Below are positions 12,875 through 22,756 of a stretch of 64,000 bases of DNA, piece after piece. How positions within the stretch are numbered: position 1 is the first letter of the stretch; every line of letters begins with the position of its first letter. The notes beneath the pieces are model-generated. The model did no database searches and had not been told where the DNA came from. It saw only the letters and a list, made by a program, of their open reading frames with translations. The position numbers and the translations under genes are program-made. Location of the stretch: positions 128,001 through 192,000 of the forward strand of contig CAVPOC010000003.1 of the NCBI GenBank assembly GCA_963706955.1. Reading direction: 5' to 3'. This DNA is from an uncultured Verrucomicrobiae bacterium. Lineage in GTDB: Bacteria; Verrucomicrobiota; Verrucomicrobiia; Chthoniobacterales; Terrimicrobiaceae.

Positions 12875-13825
12875 TCAATCCTCCGAAACTGTGGCAAATG
12901 TAAACGCCCGGCGCGGGTTGTGGGTGAGGATGCGCTCGACGACGTCATCACTAACGCCGCGCTCCTTTAGCAACGTCGGTAGCACGGTGAGCAGCCATAC
13001 CAAGCCCGGCTTGCCACCGTGACCGTGCCAGTAGCCGCGACGAGCTAAGTCCATTCCCACAACGATCTGGTCGGGAAACTCGGGGATGAGGGCTGCAATC
13101 AGGTCGGCCGTGGGGCAGGAGCCGTCCTTCAGGTATGTCCGGAAGTGATGATCGTACTCCAGTGTCACACCGCTCGAGAGCAGGCAACGATGATAGGCGG
13201 GGTCCGGAAGGCGATCAGTATGGCTTAGCACCACCTGCGTCGGATGCGCCCCACTCTCCAGCAGCAGGCTTACCTGCTCCTCGCCGGCCGTGCCTTGTTC
13301 GGTGTGGGTGATGATGGGACAACCTGTGCGACGGGACGCTTCCCCAGCGGCGGCAAAGGCCTGGCGCTGCTGCGGGGTGAGTTTTCCGTAACTGCCAGCG
13401 ACTTTAATCACGCCAGCTCGGTAGGGCAGCTGCACGGCATCGTCACAGACGGCCTCGTCAATCTCCTTCACGAAAACTTCTGCGAGCTCCTCCTGATCCA
13501 TCGACAGCATCGGGTGATCGGGCGGGTAGTATAGCGGCAGGTGCAGTCCAGTCGGGCAGACAATGTGCACACCGCTTTGCTGCGAGGCTGCGGCAAGTTT
13601 TCGCGCGCGGCGACCCGCACCCGTGGGCATGGTGTCGATCACCCAGCCGCCATCGGCATCACGGAACTCTCCCAGATCCACCGATGCTGCCTCGATGTCG
13701 TCCAAGAGAAAGTCCGGCTGCTTCTCCGCGATGTAAGCAGCGTCGATGATAATGTGCTCGTGCGCCCCGCAGCGCTTTAGGTCATCGGCGCGCACATCAC
13801 CAAGGACGGTTCGAACGAAGCTCAT
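12875..13825 (-). CDS. Phosphotriesterase-related amidohydrolase
   Basis: RTVLG, HEH, VIKVA, THT, SHTD, GMD metal-ligand set; NPRRAF end. Confidence 0.9.
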   Translation of the reverse strand: MSFVRTVLGDVRADDLKRCGAHEHIIIDAAYIAEKQPDFLLDDIEAASVDLGEFRDADGGWVIDTMPTGAGRRARKLAAASQQSGVHIVCPTGLHLPLYYPPDHPMLSMDQEELAEVFVKEIDEAVCDDAVQLPYRAGVIKVAGSYGKLTPQQRQAFAAAGEASRRTGCPIITHTEQGTAGEEQVSLLLESGAHPTQVVLSHTDRLPDPAYHRCLLSSGVTLEYDHHFRTYLKDGSCPTADLIAALIPEFPDQIVVGMDLARRGYWHGHGGKPGLVWLLTVLPTLLKERGVSDDVVERILTHNPRRAFTFATVSED

Positions 13826-13968
13826 GCGTCCGATTCCTTTTCAAACTTCGTGCGCAGGGCTCTTCTCTCTGGCGCGTAGAAGGAGTCCTCACCGGTGTGT
13901 CGTATCTCTCCACCGCCAAGTGCGCGAGCGCCTTTCACCTGGCTGATTGTTCCGAGGATCTTGTTCAT
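13822..13968 (-). CDS. 48-aa ORF or deletion scar inside the operon
   Basis: GAGGAAAC-ATG start; MNKILGTISQVKG...KFEKESDA*; its stop overlaps the PTE start (ATGA). Confidence 0.45.
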   Translation of the reverse strand: MNKILGTISQVKGARALGGGEIRHTGEDSFYAPERRALRTKFEKESDA

Positions 13969-13985
13969 GTTTCCTCACGCGGCCG

Positions 13986-15362
13986 TCATCCCGCGATGCG
14001 ATTACGCCGCCAGGAGTCGGCGTCCGTTTTGGCTACTTCGCGGGGTCGCTCCAGGACTGCGCCGATCGTGCGGAGGCGATCCTGCAATTCCTGGATGTTA
14101 ATGCTACGAGCGCTAGCGTCAGTCTCGAGAGAAATCGCCGCGGCGATGCCCGCCGCTTGTCCCATGCTCATCGTCTGACCCATGCTCCGGCAGCTCGCGT
14201 GCGCGTCGTGCGTGGCGCTAAAGCAACGACCGACGACCCACAATTCTTCGCGGCTCTTCGGCACGAGCGTTCCGTACGGGACGCCATAAACGCCGCCTTC
14301 GTGTTCGACATAGCCCCAAACGGTTTCTTCCTCGCCGCTGGCGCTCTGGCGGTGATCTTCGATAGGGGCTCCGCAGAGGGCGATTTGATCGTCGAACTGT
14401 CGCCCGCCAATACAATCCTCCCTTGTCAGCCGATACTCTCCGTACACGCGCCGCGTCTCACGCACGCCGATATGATGAGAGAGGCCAATGATCTTCGCCA
14501 TCTCGTAGCCGGGCACCATATCGCGCAGAAAGTCTTCGTAGACGAACGCCTGCCGGCGGCCCTCGATCTCAGCGGCAGTGAGCTGCTCCGGGTCCGTTGC
14601 GTCGGTATCGCCGACCCGGACCGCGACGGTGGCGATGCAGCCCTCGTGGACCATCGGATGGGCACTGCCCTTCTTACGTGGCAGCGGATGCCGACCCGAC
14701 TCTACCGCTTCGGCCATCTTCGCCATAAGCATTTTCTTTCCACCCTCAGCTTCGAACCGGTCGAGGTCCACACTTGACATGCGAAAGGTGGTCGTGAGCG
14801 TCTGTGCCGGATCGATATCGCCTGCCTTTTCGTAAGCAACGCCTGCGAGATGGCACAGATCGGCATCGCCGCTGGCATCAATAAATCGCTTGCCCTTCAC
14901 GCGAAGGAAGCCTCGCTTGGTGTGCACGATCACTCCAAAAATGCGCCCGTCTTTCCCGACCTCTACGTCGCAGAGCCAGGCGTGAAGGAGCATTTTCACG
15001 CCCGCCCCAAGCAGCAACCTGTCCCATACAAGTTTAAGTCGCTCAGGGTTGTACGTCACGCCGGTGCCGGCTCCGTAGGTATTGGGCCGAAGGAAAATGT
15101 CGCCCGTGAGATCGAGCGCGTCGACAACGCGATCCGCGATGCCGCCGACGACCTTGCGTGGCTCTTCGCCAGGTGTGAAGAATCCGTAGAATGTGTCGAG
15201 GATCTGCGTGCTTGTGCCCCCGGCGTAGCCATAGCGTTCGATTAAGACAACCGATCGGCCCATGTCTGCTGCGGCAATCGCGGCGCAACAACCAGCGCTG
15301 CCAGCACCGACGACCACGATGTCGGCCTCGCACACAGTCGGAATGTCGGAGGATACTTTCAT
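13986..15362 (-). CDS. FAD-dependent oxidoreductase (FAD_oxidored-type)
   Basis: VVVGAGSAG, FIDASGDAD, IGVRETRR, GRCFSATH...MGQAAG. Confidence 0.9.
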   Translation of the reverse strand: MKVSSDIPTVCEADIVVVGAGSAGCCAAIAAADMGRSVVLIERYGYAGGTSTQILDTFYGFFTPGEEPRKVVGGIADRVVDALDLTGDIFLRPNTYGAGTGVTYNPERLKLVWDRLLLGAGVKMLLHAWLCDVEVGKDGRIFGVIVHTKRGFLRVKGKRFIDASGDADLCHLAGVAYEKAGDIDPAQTLTTTFRMSSVDLDRFEAEGGKKMLMAKMAEAVESGRHPLPRKKGSAHPMVHEGCIATVAVRVGDTDATDPEQLTAAEIEGRRQAFVYEDFLRDMVPGYEMAKIIGLSHHIGVRETRRVYGEYRLTREDCIGGRQFDDQIALCGAPIEDHRQSASGEEETVWGYVEHEGGVYGVPYGTLVPKSREELWVVGRCFSATHDAHASCRSMGQTMSMGQAAGIAAAISLETDASARSINIQELQDRLRTIGAVLERPREVAKTDADSWRRNRIAG

Positions 15363-16144
15363 CGGTCCGCCCCGACCTCCGCGAACAGGCGGGCCAGGCG
15401 ATGGGCGTGCTCGTCGTAGGCCGCCTCGAACACTTCGGCCGCCCTCTCGCTGCCGAGAATCGCGCCGGCTGCGAGCGTCTTGGGCGGTTGTCCGGCTTCG
15501 ATAAGGCGCTTGGCCACTTCCGCTTTGATACAGTTGACAACGAGACAGCCGCCGATCGTGCTCCCGGGCGCTACAGGCTGCTCCAGTCCCTCAAGTTTCA
15601 CCATTCCGTCGCCCACCGGCGCGCCGGTATCGAGAACGACATCTGCGAAGTCGCCTAGCTTTTTGCCATCCGAGCGCTTGCTTGTGCTAGCATCGCTATG
15701 GAGCTGACTGACGAGGGCTGCAACGAAGATACCTCGTCTCTTGAAACCCTCAGCCATCTCAATGGGCACGACGTTGCAACCGCTGCTACTGATTACAAGC
15801 GCGCTATCGATTTTCTTCATCGCGTAATTGCGCAAGATGCGCTCTGCGAGTCCGCTAACATTTTCAAGGAACATTGCCTGTCGCTGACCGTTGGAGCCGA
15901 CGACGGTATGGTGGAAGCTTAGCGACAGCTCTACCATGGGGTTAAATCCCGGGAAGCTACCGTAGCGCGGCCACATTTCCTCGACCATTATCCGGCTGTG
16001 CCCGCTGCCGAACAGGTGTACCATTCGGCCGGCGAGGATAGTCTGTGCGAAGCGATCCGCAACCTTTCGTATGGCCTCGGCCTGATCGCGGATGCGCTCG
16101 ATCAGACCGGTACATTTATCTAAATAGTCTTGCGCGGGAGTCAT
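15359..16144 (-). CDS. SIS-domain sugar-phosphate isomerase-like protein
   Basis: HLFGSGHS, ISSSGCN, ADVVLDTGAPVGD; likely start MTPAQ. Confidence 0.88.
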   Translation of the reverse strand: MTPAQDYLDKCTGLIERIRDQAEAIRKVADRFAQTILAGRMVHLFGSGHSRIMVEEMWPRYGSFPGFNPMVELSLSFHHTVVGSNGQRQAMFLENVSGLAERILRNYAMKKIDSALVISSSGCNVVPIEMAEGFKRRGIFVAALVSQLHSDASTSKRSDGKKLGDFADVVLDTGAPVGDGMVKLEGLEQPVAPGSTIGGCLVVNCIKAEVAKRLIEAGQPPKTLAAGAILGSERAAEVFEAAYDEHAHRLARLFAEVGADR

Positions 16145-16263
16145 AATAGTTAGGTGTAATAGTTTATTGGGTTCTCCTCGGCGCGAAGTCGATGTAGACT
16201 TATAGTCGCACAGGGCTCGGGCGAGCGAGGCGATGCGGTCTGGGCAAGCAAGTGGCAGATTGC

Positions 16264-17142
16264 TCATGCTCGGCCGCCCAGCATCGCGTTCCGGGCTGCA
16301 CCAATGGCCCCGGCTTCGTGTCCTAATAGCGCTGGGACTATCTCAACTGGCTGGTCTGTCGCGCGCCACTCCAGTTCCTCTAAATATGCCGCCAGCGGCT
16401 TGAACAGCGCATCGCCCGCCTTGCAGATCCCGCCGCCGATCACGACTCGCCGAGGATCAATGATGTTCACTAAGGAGGCAATGGCGGCGGCCAGGCACCA
16501 GATCGAATGCAGCCAGACGCGGATAGCCTCTGGATCACCTCTCAGATACGCCTCGACAAGATGCCAGGTCGATTCAAATCGCCCAAAGCTACGAGCTTTG
16601 ACTGTGTGATTGCCAATCGCATCCTCAAGACTACCCGGCGTGCCGACGATGTCCCGCGGCCCTAGCGCATCGACGGTCATATGACCGACGTGACCCGCTC
16701 GGCCGAGGTAGCCACGAAGCACACGCCCATCGACCAGAATCGCCCCGCCGACGCCTGTGCCGAGCGTCATCAGGATCGCATCGCGCACGTCCCGCGCCGC
16801 GCCGATCCATGCCTCGCCCGCCATCGCCGCGAGCGCGTCGTTGAGCAGGTGTACCGGTCGATCGAGTTGTTTCGACCAGTCTAGTCCCTCCAAATACTCC
16901 AGGCGACCGTGCATCCATGCGACACTATTGCTGCCCGGCGGCACGAGCCCCGGTGTCGAAATTCCCAGCGCCTTGCTTGAAGGTAATTGTTCCAGCAACT
17001 CATTGAGCCTCTCAAAGAGGATCTCGGCCCTATCGGACGTGTCGGCTTGTCGTCGCCCGAGCACTGTGCCTTCGCCATCGACCGCTACGGCCTTGATCTG
17101 AGTGCCGCCGATGTCAATGCCAATCGCTGCCACTTTGCTCAT
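16264..17142 (-). CDS. ROK-family sugar kinase
   Basis: GIDIGGT, LLNDA, TLGTGVGG, GHVGH, VVIGGG, AGAIGAA. Confidence 0.92.
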   Translation of the reverse strand: MSKVAAIGIDIGGTQIKAVAVDGEGTVLGRRQADTSDRAEILFERLNELLEQLPSSKALGISTPGLVPPGSNSVAWMHGRLEYLEGLDWSKQLDRPVHLLNDALAAMAGEAWIGAARDVRDAILMTLGTGVGGAILVDGRVLRGYLGRAGHVGHMTVDALGPRDIVGTPGSLEDAIGNHTVKARSFGRFESTWHLVEAYLRGDPEAIRVWLHSIWCLAAAIASLVNIIDPRRVVIGGGICKAGDALFKPLAAYLEELEWRATDQPVEIVPALLGHEAGAIGAARNAMLGGRA

Positions 17143-17145
17143 TGT

Positions 17146-17955
17146 TTATTCCTCTTTATCAAAGCCAGGAATCTGGCCCTCGCTAACCGACCAGCCGCCA
17201 TCCACTGACAGCACTTGCCCGGTGATGAATCTCGATCCATCGCCAAGAAACAATAGGACGGCCTCGTCCAGGTCCGCAGGAAGACCAATGCGACCGCCAT
17301 CGAGCGGTTGCTTAGTGCTCACGAATTTAAGAATTCTCTCGTCGCCGGCAGCGCGCTGCGACATCGGCGTTTCGACTAAAGATGCCGCGATGAGATTGAA
17401 TCGAATATTCTCCTTCGCGTAGTAGGCGGCACAGCTCCGCGTAAGGCCGACAAGCGCGCTCTTAGCCGCAGCGTAGATGTGGGTGGAGAAAAATTGCGGC
17501 GAGGGCCTGAAACCGAGAACGCTACCCATATTCAATATCGCCCCGCCATCACCCTGCTTACGAAATTGCCGCACAGCAGCACGGTTCGAGAAGATTACGC
17601 TCTTGAGATTTAGCGCGAGCGTCCAGTCGATGCCCTCGTCGGTAACCTCATGCAGCGGTCCGTCGCCGAATTTTCGCCCGCTGCCGCCAGCAACGTGGTA
17701 GAGCGCATCCAGTCGGCCGAACTGCTCAACTGCCGCAACTACTGCGCGCTCGGCGGTCTCGGCACGGGTGGCGTCTCCCACAAGGAGCCGCGCCGAATCG
17801 CCTAGTTGCTGACGCGCCAGTTCGCTGGATTCGGCGTCGCGGCCGACCACTACGAGACGGGCCCCCGCCTCTTTGCACGCGGCCGCGGCTGAAAGACCCA
17901 TGCCGCTTGTGCCACCGACAATAACAAGACTCTTATTCAATAATGTTGGGGGCAT
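17146..17955 (-). CDS. Short-chain dehydrogenase/reductase
   Basis: GGTSGMG, YAAAK, ITGQVLSVDGG. Confidence 0.92.
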   Translation of the reverse strand: MPPTLLNKSLVIVGGTSGMGLSAAAACKEAGARLVVVGRDAESSELARQQLGDSARLLVGDATRAETAERAVVAAVEQFGRLDALYHVAGGSGRKFGDGPLHEVTDEGIDWTLALNLKSVIFSNRAAVRQFRKQGDGGAILNMGSVLGFRPSPQFFSTHIYAAAKSALVGLTRSCAAYYAKENIRFNLIAASLVETPMSQRAAGDERILKFVSTKQPLDGGRIGLPADLDEAVLLFLGDGSRFITGQVLSVDGGWSVSEGQIPGFDKEE

Positions 17956-18148
17956 ACTTGGTATACTGACACTACTGGCTGATCCCGCACTGGCAATCGG
18001 TTCGCTTACCGCAAACCCCACAAACTGATCTGAACCAAGCGTCACTGATCGATCGATCGGCACCAGCGCAGGATAGAGACGGTTCGCGAGGCACTCAGAG
18101 ATAAAATCTGACACGGGCTTTTGCGACTAGGAGATCGATTTGTCAGCG

Positions 18149-18173
18149 CTGTGGCGCTTTCACAGCGCCACAG
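18149..18173. repeat. Perfect 10-bp hairpin in intergenic DNA
   Basis: CTGTGGCGCT-ttcac-AGCGCCACAG. Confidence 0.6.
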
Positions 18174-18577
18174 TATCAGTTATCAAAACGGCTGACCGGC
18201 TACTGTCGCGGCTCGCGGAGTGTCGCATCGAGAATTTGCTTCGCCGCGCGACAGCTGTTATCAACAGTAATTCCCGCCAGCGACCGAGGGGCAAATCGGC
18301 ACAGCTTTCGCAAAGTGTCTAGGCGGTCGCGCTTACCTAACCACTCTTCGCAAGAACGCGACGGCCCATTCACCTAAAAGCCAACTTTTCCTGTGGAGAG
18401 ATGCATTCCATGGGAGGTCTTCAAACCTCGCGTAAACCCGATTTCAGAGGCCATAACAGGCAAGCCTCTTTTCGCCAAGAGTATCGAACGTCACGCTTTA
18501 GGGAACAAGTGAATCTCTCCTTGACGCTTGCGAATGAAGTCTGGCTTCGATTTAGCTGAACGTGTAGGAGGAAGAAC

Positions 18578-19275
18578 ATGGCAAATCGAACAGATGGAAT
18601 TGGTAAGGACGACGCGACTAGCCGCGCCAGCGTCGCGGGACTCGACATGAAGCTCGAGGTGGTCGTCATCCCCGTCTCGGATGTTGACCGCGCCAAGGAG
18701 TTCTACGCGAAGCTCGGGTGGAGGCTCGACGCTGACTTCGCCGCCGGTGAGGACTTTCGCGTGATGCAGTTCACGCCGCCGGGCTCCGGGTGCTCGGTCA
18801 TCTTCGGCAAGAACGTCACCGCGGCAGCACCCGGCTCCGCCCAAGGACTCTACCTGATCGTCTCCGACATCGAGGCCGCCCGCGACGAGCTGCTCCGGTC
18901 GCGGCGTCGAGATCAGCGAGGTGTTCCACGAGGCCGGCGGCGTGTACGCTGGTCCGGACGAGCCCTACCTGTTTGGGCGCCGTCGGGTCAGCGGTCCGGA
19001 TCCCGAGCATGCGCAGCTACCGCTCGTTCGCCTCGTTCAGTGATCCGGACGGCAACGGCTGGCTTTTCCAGGAGGTCACGACGCGGCTGGCCGGGCGCAT
19101 CGACTCGGCCACAACGACCTTCGCGTCGGCCAACGATCTGGCGAGCGCGCTTCGGCGCGCCGCCAGCGCCCATGGCAAGCACGAGGAGCGAACCGGGCAG
19201 CGTGACGAGAACTGGCCCGACTGGTACGCCGCGTACATGGTGGCGGAGCAGGCTGGCGGAGAGCTGCCACAATGA
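18578..19275 (+). CDS. VOC/glyoxalase-family protein (two +1 indels, ~18896 and ~19011)
   Basis: MKLEVVVIPVSDVDRAKEFY...QFTPPGSGCS; rejoined frames give VEISEVFH...SFASFSDPDGNGWLFQEV. Confidence 0.85.
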
Positions 19276-19368
19276 ACCACTACGGCGTGATCGTTATTGG
19301 TCTGCGCCCGGCGACGTGCAGGGGGCGCTGGGCTGATGGCCTGCGATCTTCCTTAAACGAGGTGTCTC

Positions 19369-20750
19369 GTGTCGCGACAATTCGATGCCATCATCATCGG
19401 GACCGGCCAGGCAGGCCCCTCTTTGGCGGCGAGGTTTGCGGACGCGGGCATGACAGTCGCCATAATCGAACGCCACAAGTTTGGTGGCACCTGTGTGAAT
19501 ACGGGATGTATTCCAACAAAGACGCTCGTTGCCAGCGCGTCCGCGGCCCATATCGCTCGTCGAGGTGCCGAATATGGTTTTGCTATCTATGGCGATGTCC
19601 GCGTCGACATGAAACGTGTCAAAGCACGCAAGGATGAAATTTCCGGACGATCGAACAGGGGCGTAGAGGAATGGTTACGAGGACTGAAAAATACTACGGT
19701 GGTCCAAGGCCATGCCCGATTTCATTCGCCCAGCACTGTCATGGTCAACGATGAAGTCCTGCAAGCCGACAAAATTTTCATCAACGTTGGCGGGCGCGCC
19801 TCTGATTCCCCCGCTCCCAGGTATTCATGACATATCGTTTCTCACCAACTCATCCATGATGGATGTCGACTTTCTTGCCGGAGCATCTCGTGATTGTCGG
19901 CGGAAGTTATATCGGCTTGGAATTCGGTCAGATGTATCGGCGCTTCGGTAGCGAAGTCACGATCATCGAGATGGGACCGCGCCTGATTGGGCGTGAAGAC
20001 GAAGATATTTCCGAAGCCGTGCGCCAAATTTTGGAGGCAGAGGGGATACAGATTCGGCTGAATGCGAAATGTATTTCACTGGCGAAGCGCGATAGCCGTA
20101 TCACCGTGGGCATCTCATGCGGCGAAGGTCCGCCGGAAGCGGTCGGCACTCATGTTCTTCTCGCGGTGGGACGGACTCCCAACACAAGCGACCTGGGTCT
20201 CGAACGGGCCGGAGTTGCGACCGACCAACGCGGCTATATCATCGTTGACGATCAACTGCAAACGAGCGCGCCCGGCATCTGGGCCCTGGGGGACTGCAAC
20301 GGCCGCGGCGCCTTTACGCATACTTCATACAACGACTATGAGATCGTGGCGGATAATCTCCTCAACGCAGACCATCGGCGCGTATCAGACCGAATCCAGA
20401 CGTACGCTTTGTTTACAGATCCGCCGCTAGGCCGATGCGGCATGACGGACGATGAAATACGGAAGTCTGGGCGCGCTGCCCTCGCTACGAAACATCCGAT
20501 GAGCCGAGTAGGCCGGGCCGTTGAGAAGGGTGAGACGCAAGGTTTCATCAAAATCTCTGTTGATGCGGAGACAAAACAGATTCTGGGTGCTGCGATCCTT
20601 GGCGTCGGAGGCGATGAAGTAGTCCAGGTTTTGCTGGACGCCATGTATGCGAAGGCGCCGTATACGGTTATACAGCGCGCAATGCATATTCATCCGACGG
20701 TTGCGGAATTTCTCCCCACCGTTTTGTCCAAACTGGAACCCTTTGCCTAA
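19369..20750 (+). CDS. Pyridine nucleotide-disulfide oxidoreductase, MerA/RclA-like, without C-terminal CC (two indels, ~19801 and ~19872)
   Basis: IIGTGQAG, GGTCVNTGCIPTK, VGGSYIGLE, WALGDCNG, HIHPTVAE. Confidence 0.9.
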
Positions 20751-20983
20751 AGCGGCAAAGCAGATACAGGAAAAAGGCTCGCCAATCCCATTCTGGTGAC
20801 CGGCCGGCGGCAAGACTTCGCCAATCGGAGCGGAATACGTTGTCGTGTGATCGTCGCGGTGCTCCCCAAACTCGAGCCGCACATTGGCAAGAACTAAGAT
20901 CTGACCAGTCCGCAGTCGAAAAGATCATTTCTATGCACAGAATATTCGAAGGCGCTTGACCGCACGGTCACCTATCAGGGCAT

Positions 20984-21170
20984 GTCCAGCCGGGTGACAC
21001 CGATATGAACCCCGCTTCCGGCGGGTTCGCGAAAGAGGCGGAGGATGGGAGCGCGTTGCAGCGCTACGGATAGGTAAGCGAAATTGCGGACCTTGTAGCA
21101 TATCTCGCGCGCCCGGGCGCGAGTGTCATCACCGACGCAAGTCTGGCCGTGACGGCGGCTGCGCAGTCTG
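20984..21170 (+). pseudogene. C-terminal remnant of an SDR
   Basis: VQPGDTDMNPA...LQRYG*VSEIADLVAYLARPGASVITDASLAV/DGG, with an internal stop and no N-terminus. Confidence 0.7.
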
Positions 21171-21212
21171 ATTGTTTGGGTGCTCGCATCAAATGCGGAA
21201 AGGATACTCCAT

Positions 21213-21677
21213 ATGATTTTCTATCTGCTCGCTTTGCTTATAGGTATCGTCGCGGGCCTGCGCGCCATGACTCCGCCGGCGCTGGTCGCTTGGGCGGCGC
21301 ATCTCGGCTGGATTGATCTGAGCGGAAGCTGGCTCGGTTTTCTCGCCAACGCCTGGGTGCGCTGGATACTGACGCTGCTTGCGATCGTCGAGCTGGTCAC
21401 GGATCAACTCCCTTCCACGCCCAGCCGCACCGTGCCGATCCAATTCGGCGCGCGCATCGCGACGGGAGCACTCTCTGGCGCCGCTGTAGGCGCGGCGGGC
21501 GGGGCAATGGTGGGCGGGCTCCTGGCAGGGATTGCCGGTGCAGTGATCGGAACTTTAGGGGGGCGCGCCCTTCGCGCGCGGCTCGCGTCGGCCTTCGGCA
21601 GCGACCGACCCGCCGCCTTCATCGAAGACGCCGTTGCCATCGGCGGCGCGCTGCTGATTGGAGTCGCACTGCGATGA
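21213..21677 (+). CDS. DUF4126-like membrane protein
   Basis: GIVAGLRAMTPPA, ELVTDQLPSTPSRT, AAFIEDAVAI; hydrophobic and Gly-rich. Confidence 0.75.
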   Translation: MIFYLLALLIGIVAGLRAMTPPALVAWAAHLGWIDLSGSWLGFLANAWVRWILTLLAIVELVTDQLPSTPSRTVPIQFGARIATGALSGAAVGAAGGAMVGGLLAGIAGAVIGTLGGRALRARLASAFGSDRPAAFIEDAVAIGGALLIGVALR

Positions 21678-21727
21678 ACAGGTTCGACGTAGTTTTCAAC
21701 AATGGCTGAAAATTAATGCGAGTAGTT

Positions 21728-21925
21728 ATGGAGACGACAAGAAATGCAAAAGTCGAAGCGGTCGACATGAAGCTCGAAGTCGTAGTGCTCGGCGTTTCCG
21801 ACGTCGACCGCGCGAAGGCGTTCTACGAGAATCTGGGCTGGCGGCTCGATGCCGACATCGAGAGCCGACTTCCGCGGCGTGCAGGTGACGCCGCACAACT
21901 CGGAAGCTTCGATCAGACTGCCTAA
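21728..21925 (+). pseudogene. Truncated second VOC/glyoxalase paralogue
   Basis: DMKLEVVVLGVSDVDRAKAFYENLGWRLDAD is homologous to the 18578 gene, then breaks down. Confidence 0.8.
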
Positions 21926-22194
21926 GTGAATGCGATGGCTATTCACAAATAGGTTGATTCCGACGTAGGCGCCAACCCGGAGCTGTGCCCTTACCGGCTC
22001 CGGCTGGCGCGACCTCGCCCTGCCGAGCGTTTGTGAGCCTCACTTTCTCTCAGCTTGAGCTCATCTGCCATTTGCCGAACTTGACGCCCACAACTTTGAG
22101 GAGTCTGCCGCGAACACCAGCCTTAGAAGCGGCCTACGAATAGAAGAACAGTATGGATTTTCTTCTAAGCCCCAAGCTCCCTGCTGTGCTGCTG

Positions 22195-22740
22195 CTAATA
22201 CGAGTTCTCAAGTTGCGGCACGACTCGCAGTCGCGATGCAGCCGCTTGCATCGGGGAGAAAGCGGCAAGCACGGGATCGAGACGGTCGAGAGCCTGAATG
22301 GCGCTCTTTTCATCGACGCAGAAAACGGCGGCATGGGCGGGAGGGAACAGATAGAGACCGATGATATCGGCGACTTTCGCTTCGAAATCTGGATCGTTGG
22401 AAGCCATGAAGTGACGACGCCGATGGGGTTGCAGCCCGTAGCGCCTCCAGATGCGAGCGACGCTCATGTGCCCGAGGCCGAGTTTGCGTCCCAGACGACG
22501 GCTGCTCCAGTGAGTGCTCCCATCATCGGGGCGGCGCAGAGTCCACTCGATCACTTTGGCTTCCAGAGCGGCCGCATTGGCTCTGGGCTCACGCCCGCGA
22601 TGCTGGGCGACAAGACCGCTCAAGCGTGTTTGGCGGAACCGAGTGGTCCAACGCTGCACATACGCAGTGCTGCACTGCAGCGCCCCGGCGATCGCGCGCA
22701 CACTCTGCCCGGGCGCACGCCTCAAAGATGACATCGGCAC
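22195..22740 (-). mobile_element. IS630-family transposase remnant
   Basis: THWSSRRLG, VARIWRRYGLQPHR, SNDPDFEAKVADIIGLY, CVDEKSAIQALDR; stops soon after the first catalytic Asp. Confidence 0.88.
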
Positions 22741-22756
22741 GCCGCGCGTCTCGGAA

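Noticed and set aside
19369..20750. merA / mercury resistance
   Set aside because: No C-terminal Cys-Cys, no N-terminal metal-binding domain, and no merR/T/P nearby.
22195..22740. IS630 as the mobiliser of the Rhs island or the miniature elements
   Set aside because: It is truncated, 11 kb from the island, and shares no visible ends with either.
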